Shown here piece by piece: positions 1 to 11,600 of a stretch of 64,000 bases of DNA. The notes below the pieces were generated by a model. That model was not told the DNA's origin, searched no databases, and saw only the letters and a program-made list of their open reading frames with translations. Where the stretch lies: NCBI GenBank assembly GCA_029953675.1, contig JAMWBK010000001.1, positions 3,596,001-3,660,000 of the forward strand, given 5' to 3'. The DNA is from Rhodosorus marinus CCMP1338. Taxonomy: Eukaryota > Plantae > Rhodophyta. The position numbers and the translations under genes were made by a program. Position 1 is the stretch's first letter. Each line of letters opens with the position of its first letter.

Positions 1-242
1 TACTAGCAAATATAATTTAATTATGATATTTGTTTTAAGTAATATTATGTAAATTAAGATTTATGATCGGTGAAACTGGATGTTGTTTTGATTTGTTTTG
101 AAAGGTTTCTGTGGTCGACGGCGAAAATAGAATAAATATATGTATATTTGGTTGAAGTAAGGTCGGGGATAGTGGAGTTGAGGACCTGTGGGTGACTGTT
201 GGACGGGGGAGCTTGTTCAGAATTAGATGAGAAAACCACACG

Positions 243-839
243 ATGGGCCGAATGAAGAGAACAAGGAAATTTGCTGAAGTGAAGAGAAAACTGAATCCCA
301 ACGATGATCGACTGAAGACGATGGCGCTGAGCAAGGCGCGTGCAGCTCCGATTGTTGGTAAGGTTTCGGATGAGGATAAGCTGGCGAAGACGCCGACACC
401 GACGTCGATGTTTTTCAACTATAATTCTGCGCTTGGACCGCCCTACCATGTGCTTTTGGACACGAATTTCTTCAACTTCAGCATCAAGAACAAGCTGGAC
501 GTGAGGCGGTCGCTTCTGGATTGCCTTATGGCGCCCAACTTCGGTTGTGTCACGGACTGCGTTATGGGAGAGCTTCAAAAGTTGGGTTCAAAGTACAAAC
601 TCGCTCTGAAAATTGCAAAGGATAAGCGTTTTGTTCGGCTGCCATGTTCACACCAAGGAACCTACGCCGATGACTGCCTTGTCGACCGCGTCATCGCCAA
701 CAGAATCTACATCGTCGCGACTTGTGATCGAGACCTCAAACGAAGAATCCGGAAGGTCACTGGCGTCCCAATAATGTACATTTCCAGCCATAAATACGCT
801 ATCGAAAGGCTGCCGGATGCTATCGCTCCGGCAAAGTAA
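243..839 (+). CDS. FCF1: rRNA-processing PIN-domain protein FCF1/UTP24
   Basis: Intronless 198-aa ORF: [83 protein letters not shown], all typical FCF1 motifs. Confidence 0.96.
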   Translation: MGRMKRTRKFAEVKRKLNPNDDRLKTMALSKARAAPIVGKVSDEDKLAKTPTPTSMFFNYNSALGPPYHVLLDTNFFNFSIKNKLDVRRSLLDCLMAPNFGCVTDCVMGELQKLGSKYKLALKIAKDKRFVRLPCSHQGTYADDCLVDRVIANRIYIVATCDRDLKRRIRKVTGVPIMYISSHKYAIERLPDAIAPAK

Positions 840-875
840 TGCTTTGGCAGAATGTATATAAAGATGATTTAATAT

Positions 876-3629
876 TCACAAAAGAAGGAGCCAGTGCTCA
901 TCTTTGCCATCAAGAAACACGCTCTCTACGATGTTTGTCCATCTGCCTAAACGAACCATGATACATACGGTCCTCACCCGACGACAACCGTTCCTCTCTA
1001 CTTCGATATGCGGAACAGCAAAAAGAGTCCTGCAAGAGGATCAACGACCGGTGTCACCAGTGTCGTTTTGACAACAACGAAGACGCTCTGGAGGAGCCCT
1101 ATTCAATCCTCCCGAAACGGACAAGACACAGACTGTCCTCGCCAGCCCTCATCCTCTTCTTTGTCCAGATGAGGAATAGTGAGGGTCCAGCTCTGAGGAT
1201 CACATGCTTGCAGGCTGGGAACTTCTCAAGCACAGACTGTCCGCATCGCCTTTCTAGGTTCGAGATTGAGGAACAGTCAAAAGTCCGCAACGTGCATCGA
1301 CGATAGCAATCCCGGGTCGTTGACTGAGATACGGGTTATTCTCACCAGTCGTCAACGCCTCCTAGTGCGATATGATGACCAGTCAGAATCCGCCGCGGAC
1401 ATCGACGACGGCATTCCCAGCTCGCAGGCGGAGATGCAGACTCTCTTCACCCCTCCACCTCTGCGCTGCTGTTGGCATTGGTCTGGGAGACGAGACGGCC
1501 GGTTACCCGTACGCCTTCTCTTCTTTCCGTATTAAGAGGATTTATGCTGCGAGTTCATCTCCAAACCTCTAATCGTCTGAAACCTGGCAGGATTTGGATG
1601 GGGATGGCTGAGTCACAGAGTGTCCACCTTCCGCAGGAATCAACCATAAGCTTACAATTGTACGTCTTCCGCATTGAGGTATGGACGTCGTCTTTCGTCG
1701 TGGAGTGCCGAGTCTGACAGGATCTCCGAGACGTGTTTGATGTACCTATCGGTGATCGATGTGATCTCTTCAAGATCAGAACTGCCTGCGGGTTTGGAGG
1801 AACAGCATGTCAGCAGGAGGGGACTGGTGTGCCTTTTCACCAGGAAGGCTTTCTTACTGAGTTCTTGAAGCTCGTTTGTCGTCCTGTCAAGTTCTTTGAG
1901 AAGAAGGACTGAGCAGATGACATTGGAGGTTTCTTCTGGTTCAGGAAACGCTGACGATGAATCTTCGGTCGCCTCTCGGTCGAGGTTGTAGCGAAATTTG
2001 AGGTTATGGCCGAGCTGTTGGTTCTGAATTCGAGTCTGTTGAGCAAGCTCTTCAGCGTCACTCTCATCTTCCTCCTCGCTGTGCGTGTGAACGGACCTCC
2101 CGAAGTGGTAACAAGCTGCCGGTTTCCGGCCACTGAGGACCTGTCTCGTCCACATATCCACCAGACTTTTCGGACTGTGAACGACTGCAACTGTTCTCCG
2201 AGGTTCTTCTGGAGATAGTACAACCGTCGTGGTGCTGCGGATTCTCAACGATAGCATTTTCTGGGCGATGTATTCATCTGTCTTGTCCTGGACGAGTCAA
2301 GAACCAATCCGCGTTTGATGAGGACGTCTCGAACCCCTTCATTCTTTTGGAGCTCTTCGGCACAAACAGATCGAAATACCTCGAAACTGCGAAAGTCCAA
2401 CTCGTTCAATACAAAGTCGCAAGCTCGAGAAACCACGGAACCGCTTTCAGGACTCAAGCGTGACGCAACATATACTAGAGATGTGGCCACGGAGATCGCG
2501 GTGTCCGCCATGAACTCGATCGCTTCCGGTTCAGAGCTAATGAGGAATCGATCGTGCTCCTTCACGCTGTACCCATACATCCGACGGAAGAGAAAGTTTA
2601 CGCGAAGAAGCGCACATCTGTTCCCAGGCACAAAACAGAAGATTGAATGTAACAGTCAATGATCGATCGGACTAGACCTTCAATGGCTCGAAGGGTCGCT
2701 GCCTGTTCTAGCAGTAGTGGCAACCATGCAACCTTCTTGCGCCAAACGCCGAAGAATCGCTAGGAACTGTCCTCCGACATCGAATGGACAGCAGCCGCGG
2801 CCGCAGCCGCAGCTGTAGTCGTCGCGCAGCCTTCAAGCCCTTTCTTGAAGGTTCCGTGTCGCGATTGCCTCGCGGCAGGTGGGGTGAAGATCTCCCGCAT
2901 ACTTAGTCTTCTGTATATCATTCAGAGCTTCCCATTTGTTTAGCAGCTTCCGTCGATAGCCAAGTGTGGAGGTCTTGTTCGTCCATTTGATGAGGTTTTC
3001 AAAGTCGCGAGCTTCGCGGCATGTGATGTCTTCGATGATCTCCGCTTCCGTCTTATCGATGTACTTTGATCTAGTCGTACTGAATCGCCTTTGTTTGGTG
3101 TACAGGGAATGCGAAGAACAGGGCAGACTATTCGGACCTTTTGCTCGATGAGAGTGGACGGAGTTCTTACGATTGCGAACTTGGCTTACTTGTGAAACGC
3201 TGAGGACGTGCAGAAAATCGCAGGCAGAATCTTCCCAGCGGATCTCCCAGCTTCCTCATCTCCGAATTCGATGAACCCATCATCTGTCTCCTCTCGCTCC
3301 TCACCATCGTCCAGATCTGAACTCCAGACGCCTCCAACGTCCTCTCTCATCAACCTCGCATCGTCCGAGTCCAAACTCGCAGAGCTAACGTATCCATACC
3401 CAACCTCCTTGAACACCAGACCGGTTTCTGCTTCCTCTTCAGATTGCATTCTTCTTTCTCCGGTCATAGAACTATCTCAGTCCTCCAACAACAGATCTCC
3501 GAGATTCTCATTGATTCTGGGAGACTGCTGCGAAGACCGATATCTCCAGGCTGCTTGTCTATCTCTTACATCAAGCTCCTCCCCCTTCCTTTGCATGCCT
3601 TTACGAAGAGCTTTCAGAAGACGCTTCAT
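876..3629 (-). CDS. Putative multi-exon protein of unknown function (boundaries approximate)
   Basis: A chain of minus-strand open segments (3186-3467, 2245-2631, 1652-2257, 1099-1290) with coding-like composition, separated by plausible GT..AG gaps. A candidate last exon reads ..RWTNIVESVFLDGKDEHWLLLL* and ends at 876. No family motif recognised; exon structure not resolved. Confidence 0.4.
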
Positions 3630-3809
3630 CCATCACCAGCTTAGAGGAACTTTCTTCTTTGTCCAGAGCAGCTCTCTTCTAACGACGCTATCCCACCCTC
3701 CCCAAAGTCAAATAGGACTAGCCAGAGTCCTCCTCACTGTTTCAACGACGGTGACCGTGGGGGTACCGGTCGCCAGCTGGTATATCAATCGGAGGCGTAA
3801 ACGGGAGAC

Positions 3810-4585
3810 TAGGCTAGACGGTTTAGGACCTCCACAACCTGTTCTCTATCCGATAAGGATAGAGAGGAGCAACTGCTTATTCGAAGCAACATCAGTACCG
3901 CTGCTTTACGGTCGTTTCGAGGGCTGATATTGGGAACCAACTAGCTAGTCTTTGCGAGTCCGACTGTTATAGAGAGAGTAGTACGAGAAGAGACCATTGT
4001 AAGTTCTCTAGCCGATAGGGATAGAGAGGAGGCTACAGCTGGTTTCGAGGCAATTCCAGTACCGTCGTTATTCACACGAGTGTTTGGGATGCTGATATCG
4101 TTGTCCACACTCATTCTGGTGTATGATGGTACTGGTACTGCGCTCTCTACATGAATCGGAGCAGTAAAGAACAGCCTAGCCCAGATGGTTTAGGATCTCC
4201 ATATCCTCTTCTCCACCCGACAGGGATAGAGAAGAGCTACTTCTGATTCGAAATAACGCCAGTACCGTCGTTTCGGGGACTGGTGCCTGTGTTCACACCC
4301 ATTCCATGAGCTTATGATGGTTCCAGTATTGGTCTTGCTGGCACCTACTCCTGCCCTTGGGCAGTTGTCCATTGAGTTTTCTCTTAGCTAGATAGGTCCA
4401 GCTTGTTCTAGCCTACGTCTATCTCTACTGTTTAGTTCCTCTAGTTGGGCTCCGACTTGACCTAGGGTTTAGTGTCCGTAAAAGACTCGCTGGCTAGGCG
4501 GTTTAAGGACCCCCGTAACCTGTTCTCTACTCGATAGGGGTAGAGACGAGCTACTGCTGATTCGAAGCAACAAAGTTAGCGTCGT
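3810..4585. repeat. Four diverged copies of a ~60-90 bp structured unit
   Basis: Copies at about 3810-3900, 4003-4066 (partial), 4177-4270 and 4491-4585 share GGTTTA(A)GGA..., the hairpin CTCTAnnC-GATAR-GGnTAGAG, and TTCGA...CAGTACCG. Confidence 0.8.
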
Positions 4586-5071
4586 CTCAGGGACAAGCTG
4601 GTCTGCAGAGGGGTATAGAGAGTCGGGTGCGCGAGAAGGACAACCTGTCCAATCCAATCCCTGCTGTTGGAACCCTGAACTGTGTAGAATCACAGGCCGC
4701 GATGAACGATTCTAAAAGCGTTCTCTTTAGGAAGACAAACCAGGAAACGTGCGACACAAAACCCATAGAGGAAAGCACAACCAAAAAGGTGAACATACCC
4801 GAAACGGGCTTTGGGGGAATCAATACATAAAAAAAAAGGGGATGAAAGTCCCAACCAAAAAGATTCGGCAATCTCCCAAATGCTTTCCAGCGCGTTGAAA
4901 GCCTCTTTAAGGAGGGAACAGAAAAGTATACTGAGGGTATGCCGGGGAGGTCGACAGCTGTCTAGCAAAACGAATTCGATTTCTATCCCCACAGAGGGGT
5001 TGATCTCTTCGTTTGAAGAACAGCGCTCTCGGTACTAGTATACAATAGGCGCCTCCGATTGCAGTGCATCT

Positions 5072-5968
5072 TCATTCGTTGACGCTGCTGTTTAAATCAC
5101 TCTCTTCCTCCGAGGACGAGTCCTTTGTGATACTGCTTCCCGTGGCCACCTCCACGCTTCCGCTTTCACTTCCAGACTCACCGATGTCATCGTCGTCCAT
5201 CTTCTCCTCCTGTAATCTTCTCCTCGCGGCATCCAGCTTATCCCTTCGGATTGATCGGTACCTCTTCGCCATCATTGCAGCTTCAGCATACGGTTGCTGG
5301 CTCCGCTCCTCACCCCCACAGTAGTGCTCACGACCGTGCGAATAGCCACAGGCCTGTCCATGACAAGGAGGAGGGGTTCTCCACATATACGTTCCCGAAG
5401 GTGTGTACGGATACTCATACACGGGTTGAGGGTATGGATACATGTCCTCGACCCTATACATCGATCGATGAACTGGCATCCCCCAATGGCGATGTGGAGA
5501 CGTTTGGTGCACCCACATCGATTCCAGCGAAGGTGAACTGCTTGACCCGCTATTACGTGACGACGCTGAGCTCATATGCGCATGGATGTACTGTGCGTGC
5601 TGTGGTTTGGAGTACACCTGCTCTGGAGCTTGGATTCGCTGACGAGGGTACGGATGGGCTGCCTTCTTCTTCGGCCGCGGGGGCGGGACGTACTCTCCCG
5701 TCGACTGCTTCTTCACCTTCATGAAGTACTTCTGCGCATGAGACCGAATCTGCAGAATGTCCTTCGTCTTGACGTGCTCCTCAATCTTCTTCCAGTCGCG
5801 CTTGTACAGGGACACCGCCTCCACAAACCTACAGTGCTCCTCCTCAGTCCACGCCTGTCTCATCCTCCGACTATGATAAGGCTTTCTCATCCTGGCCGGC
5901 ATCGTTGCACCTCCTAACTGCCCATCACTCACAGACACCCCCGCACCTCCCATATACTGCTGATTCAT
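5072..5968 (-). CDS. Single-repeat [10 protein letters not shown] transcription factor, REVEILLE/CCA1-like with LCL motif
   Basis: [50 protein letters not shown] followed by [18 protein letters not shown]. First ATG is at 5968. Confidence 0.92.
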   Translation of the reverse strand: MNQQYMGGAGVSVSDGQLGGATMPARMRKPYHSRRMRQAWTEEEHCRFVEAVSLYKRDWKKIEEHVKTKDILQIRSHAQKYFMKVKKQSTGEYVPPPRPKKKAAHPYPRQRIQAPEQVYSKPQHAQYIHAHMSSASSRNSGSSSSPSLESMWVHQTSPHRHWGMPVHRSMYRVEDMYPYPQPVYEYPYTPSGTYMWRTPPPCHGQACGYSHGREHYCGGEERSQQPYAEAAMMAKRYRSIRRDKLDAARRRLQEEKMDDDDIGESGSESGSVEVATGSSITKDSSSEEESDLNSSVNE

Positions 5969-8660
5969 CCTTAACAAAACACTCCTTCAACCCTCACCCA
6001 GCTTCCATCTCTCTCTCCAGCTCCCCCTCCCCTAAAAACAGATAACCCTTCTCCAAACCTAAACTCCCTCCCTCCCTCTCTCCCCCTCCCACATCCACAA
6101 ACCTTTTACTAAACCAGTTCAAACACACACATATATATATACATACACATATCCCTTACCACAAAAAAAAGAAAAACAACAAAAAGCTAAATCACTAATT
6201 CCAAATCAATACCGAACCCCCCTCCCTCAATCTCCCTTTCCCAGTCGGACAATTAGTGACCCAGCTTTCCACAGACCAACGAAAAAAAAAAATGGAATCG
6301 AATCATCAGTTGAACACATACAACCTCACCAACCAGAAAGAAATATATATATCAAACCAAAAAAACCGCCACCAAACTCTCCCCTCCCTCCCCCTCCCCC
6401 CGCGCCTCTCTCCCCTCCACCTTCAAAAAAAATAAAAATAAAATAAAATGCCCTATCGACAATCCGCCTCTGAAACAAAAACCCTTAAAACTCCAATCGA
6501 TTTCCAAATATCTTTTATCAATGTTACAAAATTCATCTATAAAACATCCTGAAAATATCCTTGAATATTTATTACTTTAAGGGTTTGTAGATAAACCCTA
6601 GAGAATGAATCTACCCGTACAAGATATAATCTAGAATCTGTATTTATTTGTATTTATGTAGTTTTAGTGAGTAAGTAGAGGTGAAGGTGATAGTTTTTAC
6701 CCCCTAGAATGGGCGGCGGTTTGTAGATATTTAGAGGCTGGGTGTGGAGGCGTTTTTGATTTGATTGGTTGATACTTTGAAGTGGAATACATTGATTGGT
6801 TAATTGTGAGATAGATCTAACTGGCATGGTTTCTTGATTGGTTGAAGTCTTTTGTTGATATTTTCATATGAAATCAGTCAGAATGGGAGTCTAGGATTCT
6901 CTTGTATTTACAAAGGGTGGAAGTGATTAGCTTTATCTAGATCAATAACTTCGTATAAGTTATTGATTTATTATAAATATGAATTTTGGGGTATAGTGAC
7001 AAGGGGGTAGGTTGGGATTGGATGGGTTGCCTGCAAATGGGTTGCTTGGCGGCGTTTTGTAGGATTGGTTGGAGGATACTTTCAGCACGCCGGAAAAAGA
7101 GGCGGCTCGAGAGGAGGGAGGCGTAGTAGTTCGGATCTACTTTGTTTTTGAAAGTGTACTTGCGGTTCTGGGAGGTTTTTTGTGAATCCGGCGAGTGTAT
7201 AATAGACAGCCTCAAGCGAGAAGGGGGATTAGGATTTTTACCCCGGGCGGTAGGACACTAGTATACCCACCCAATTTTGGTTGGGTGCTTGTTAATCTTT
7301 TATCCAGTTCACTTCAGTCGGGTCTAACCAAGCTTTGGCACCTTGAGTAGACGCTAGACGAGTCCGATTATCTATTGATTGAGACCGCGAGCCAGTGGTT
7401 ACGCTTTTCACAGATCAGGGTTGGCCGGCGAGCTCCCCTAGACTCCAAAATGGGGAAAGCTCAAAAGCAGATTCAGTCCGCTACTTCATAAGATTCCCCG
7501 CTGCTCAAAAACAAGATGAGCAGTCTTCGGACCTCCCAGGGGCGGTTTGGTTGCCCGTGCGTGCCTGCGAGAATGGTCTCATGCTCCGTCTTGACTGTGA
7601 AGCAAACGCAGGCCGCAAAGCCTCAGCGAGCAGCTAGTGCTGGATTCAAGCCAGGTTGGAGGGGTGGTAAGGTAGGGGGGGAACGACATCAGATCATTTG
7701 CCCCAAATCTTTATCCGAAAAGGAACAATATCAAAATTTAAACCTCCTCATGAATCAAAATCTCCTGACTTAACGAGCTCTGAGGAGGCCTGTCGGCGTG
7801 AAGCCGACGAGAGCGGCTTAGCCCTCGGATGACGATTTTAGGTGTGAAAACCGTGAAACCCCTCCCACAGAAAGGATATTAGTGAACCACAGGGTTAAAA
7901 AGGAGTTCACTGGGAAGTAGATAGAATTAGAGCAAAGGGAACGGGGTATGGAACAAAAGAGGGGAGTCTCTTTGGGTGTAGATTGAGATAGTGGGTCGCG
8001 CTCCCTGCGTATAATCTAGGCTAATTAAAAACATGGGGCTGGTTCCCCTACGACAAAGGTCCTAAAGGCTTCATCTTGCTATGATCATTCGGCTATTGAG
8101 GCTACGCTAAAACGATCCTGCACGTCTCGTGATCATCAGTCTGCCAGCTGTCTCGCCATCCGTGAATGCCAAGTCTCCTACCTCATTCACACCGGTACTC
8201 GGGATCGAAGAAAATCGGGGGTTACGATTACGTCATCACCCACCACGCGGAACTCTCTCCCCCATGGTAAGCGCCCTCCGTTTGTTTTTTTTTGCCATAG
8301 TGGTCAGAGCTCCTGGGACAAGATTTCCAAAAAAAGTTGATGGGACAAACTTTATTTGGACAGCTGTCGTGGGACAGAATGTCCCAAGAATATTTTGTGT
8401 TGGCGGGACAAGGAAAAATCCACCGCCAAATGCTTGGCGGCGGAATCGAAGAGGAGGTTTGAGGTGGATGGATGGATCGATGGAGGGCTGAGTGAGCATG
8501 TTTGGGAAGTGAGAGATTGATCAGGACAGGACAGGACAGAACAGGATGATGTTTTATCCGGAGAAGTCTGATCTGAAGAGAATGGACTGAGACGGAAGGT
8601 TTCGAGGGTGGGGTGAGGGTGGGGGGGAGAGGGGTGGTTGGGGTTTTGGGATCGGATGCG

Positions 8661-11600
8661 ATGTGTCAGTGTGGGTTTGTTCCGTCGATGTTTTTCGGTA
8701 GTGAGCGGTTGGTTGGAAGATGTGCAGTAGTTGCGAGGTATGGACGGTCTGTTGTTCGTGCGTGTTCGAGCGTGGCTGGCTCTGTGGGCGTACGGGACTC
8801 AGACCACAGTTCGTTCTGGAGGCGTGCGCTGAAGAGGTCGACCCGCCCCTCTGCGAAGGAAATGGTGGAACGGGTCGACCTCACAGACGCTCTCGGCGTT
8901 TCCGCGCAGCTTCTCCAGAAGAATAAAAGACCTCCGCTCCTCGAGTACTTCCGAAGTAGAAAGGTAAGATTCCAAAGCACATGACCAGCGCGAGTCCGAA
9001 ACCTAGCCAGACGCTTACAATGGGCGTGTGTCTTCCCCCAAAACAGAGTGAACATCCCACAAAAGTCATCCTTGTCAGAATCGGAGAATTCTACGAAGCA
9101 GTAGGCGTCGATGCCATCATGCTAGTCCAGCACGCAGGCCTCAACCCAATGGGCAGAGGCGTACCACGAGCAGGATGCCCCGCAGTCAACCTCAGAAGAA
9201 CACTTCGTGATCTTGTCCTCGACGCAGGATTTTCCGTTGTCGTCTGTGAGGAGGTACCAGAGCTCTATTCATATGGAACAAGAACCAAAGGTAGGAACAC
9301 ATAAACAGAGAGAAAATTCTCCTACCCAAAATCGAGTGGTACAATGCTGTCTACTACTTTTCCTCCTCACTCCGGACCCTCTCTGATGGAGGGAGAAAGC
9401 CTAACCAACGGCCGTGATCCTCCGAGGAGGAGTCAGCTCTGGTCGGCTCACGCAGACAGGTCTTCTCAGCGCTGTTTATCCAGTTCTAGTTGAGCCAAGA
9501 CGAGCGAAAGATATCTGGAGGAACGAGAAAGCCTGACCAACGGCCGTGATCCTCCGAGGAGAAAGCAGCTATCGTCGGCTCACGGCGCGCGGGTCCTCCT
9601 CAGCGCTTGTTTATCCAGTTCTAGTTGACCCAAGAAGAGTGAAAGAGATCCGAGAGCGCTTGTTGAATTTTATTGTTTGCATGCCGCGTAGGAAAGGAAC
9701 GTTATGTTGCGCAGATTGTATCACCTGGAAATCCCAACTATCTTGTTGGACTGGTCGATCATGAGGATGGGGTGGTAGACTTTGAGAGGGAGCGACTGAC
9801 TGTTGGAATCTCAGCGGCGGTTGGTGGATTCTCGCTTACGGAGGTTGACGTTGGGATGATGACGTACTCGGTGAGCGATGAAAGAAAAATTGCTGACCAT
9901 ACAGCAGTGATCACCGAGATCCGCTGCTGGGTAGAGTTTTGCTTTTTCTGGAAAGGAACAGGTTCTGAAAGGATGTTTTCTTGACGTAGGTTCACACCGG
10001 ACAGACGATTGAAGGAGTGATAGCGAGGCTTCAGAGTGGAATGTACGCGGCGCCGATCTATCTACATGAATCGTTGTACAAGGGATCTTCACTTGGCTCG
10101 TGGAAGACGACCGGCGGCGATGTGGATGCTATTCTCAGGGTCGCGGCGTCGTTCCAGAATGAGGTATGCAAAGTGGTTAAAACCTGTTCCGGTTTGATAG
10201 AACGATCGTGCTTTAGCTAAGGTTCTTTACACCGTTTCGGCAACGATTCCTTCAGGCTGGTGGGGTAGAAGCCTTCTCGTCGCCAGACGCCGTGACGGGC
10301 CTGTTGGATTCCGTTAGCCGAAACTTGAGATTGGACAGAGAGGGTTTTGCGAAGACTACAAAAAAGCATACAACGAGGCCGCTCTACTTTTCGACTGCAT
10401 CACAGCTCGGTATTCACAGAACCAGGGGAGTTCCTGATCTAGTTGGACAGGGTAAGCGGGTCGACGCTCTGGTGGCAATGTAGGATTGATCTTTGCGAGC
10501 TGATTCAGTTTGTCGTCGTCGTCTTGGATCGATGTTGTGAAGTCGCTGGAAGGGACGCACCAGCTCTTGTCCGGCAGTGGATTAGAAAGCAGCTCCTGCT
10601 CCCACCGCCTCCGTCAATCAGCGCACAGCTTCGAAACGCGTCACTGTTCCTTCTCAGCCACCTCGAACCGCTTCCTGACTTCCCAACGATTGCTAAACAC
10701 CAAGTCGCACAGCTGGTTCGGTCAAAGGAGGCGAACGAAGTCTTCTTTCGTGAGCTACGTGATGCCTGTCAGTCCGTAAGATGTTCGACCCAAATCCCCC
10801 CCCCTTCAAACGCCCTCTAGTACCCAACAACCCCTCGGACTCATCATTCACAATATGCCTCCAGGTTTACACTGCGGGAAGCAACGACAAGACCAAGGAC
10901 TTTATCCAGTCTCTGACCGCATCAGCTGGCGTAGAGATCGGATTTGAACTTGACCTTGACGATGTCCTGTCGACCTGCAAGACGGCTATTCAGCTCATCG
11001 AGGACACCATCATCGTCGAACCGAGATCGGATCTCGACGAAGTATCCGAGCAGTTTTCAGATGATAAACGTAAGCATATCGTTGAAGGCTCTCTTTGTGA
11101 GCTCTCGAGCTCAACCCGCATCGAAGCGGTGATGCAGCGTGCAGCTAGATTTCAGCTCTGGTCTGCTCTTAAGCGGATCGAGGAGGCGGAGGTGGAAACG
11201 TATGCACGAGGCACATCTGCTTCCCAAACCACGTCGAGCGTAGCGTAGTCGTAAGGATCCACGGGCTGGTCAACGACATCTGAAGTCTTGTGCGTTGCGA
11301 GAAATGAAAGGGCTGCGGTAGGACAGACCCGCTCCCCAACACGATGGCTGGGGGCTGCGTCCGTCGAAGATGCAACCGGGTCAGAGGACAGACGGGGGCG
11401 CGTTGGTCGCCGCTGAGCGACGGGGGGAGATTTCAAACCTTCTCCCTGACAGGGTGGTTCGGGTCTGCCTTCCTTCGAAGGGGCAGCGGGTGTGAGGGCA
11501 GGCGATGACGAGTTGTCGGTCGCGGAGACCTTATCAGACGCATCGCAGCAGACTTGATCGGAAACAAACGCCGGAGTTTTGCTGCCCATTCGGGCTTAGT

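Noticed and set aside
3810-4585. Repeat units as genuine tRNA genes
   Set aside because: No acceptor stem, anticodon arm or proper T-arm can be built; only A/B-box-like similarity remains.
7765-7870. Hammerhead ribozyme (CTGAGGA.. and CGGATGA..GAAAC)
   Set aside because: No stem II closes directly onto GAAA with matching stems I and III.
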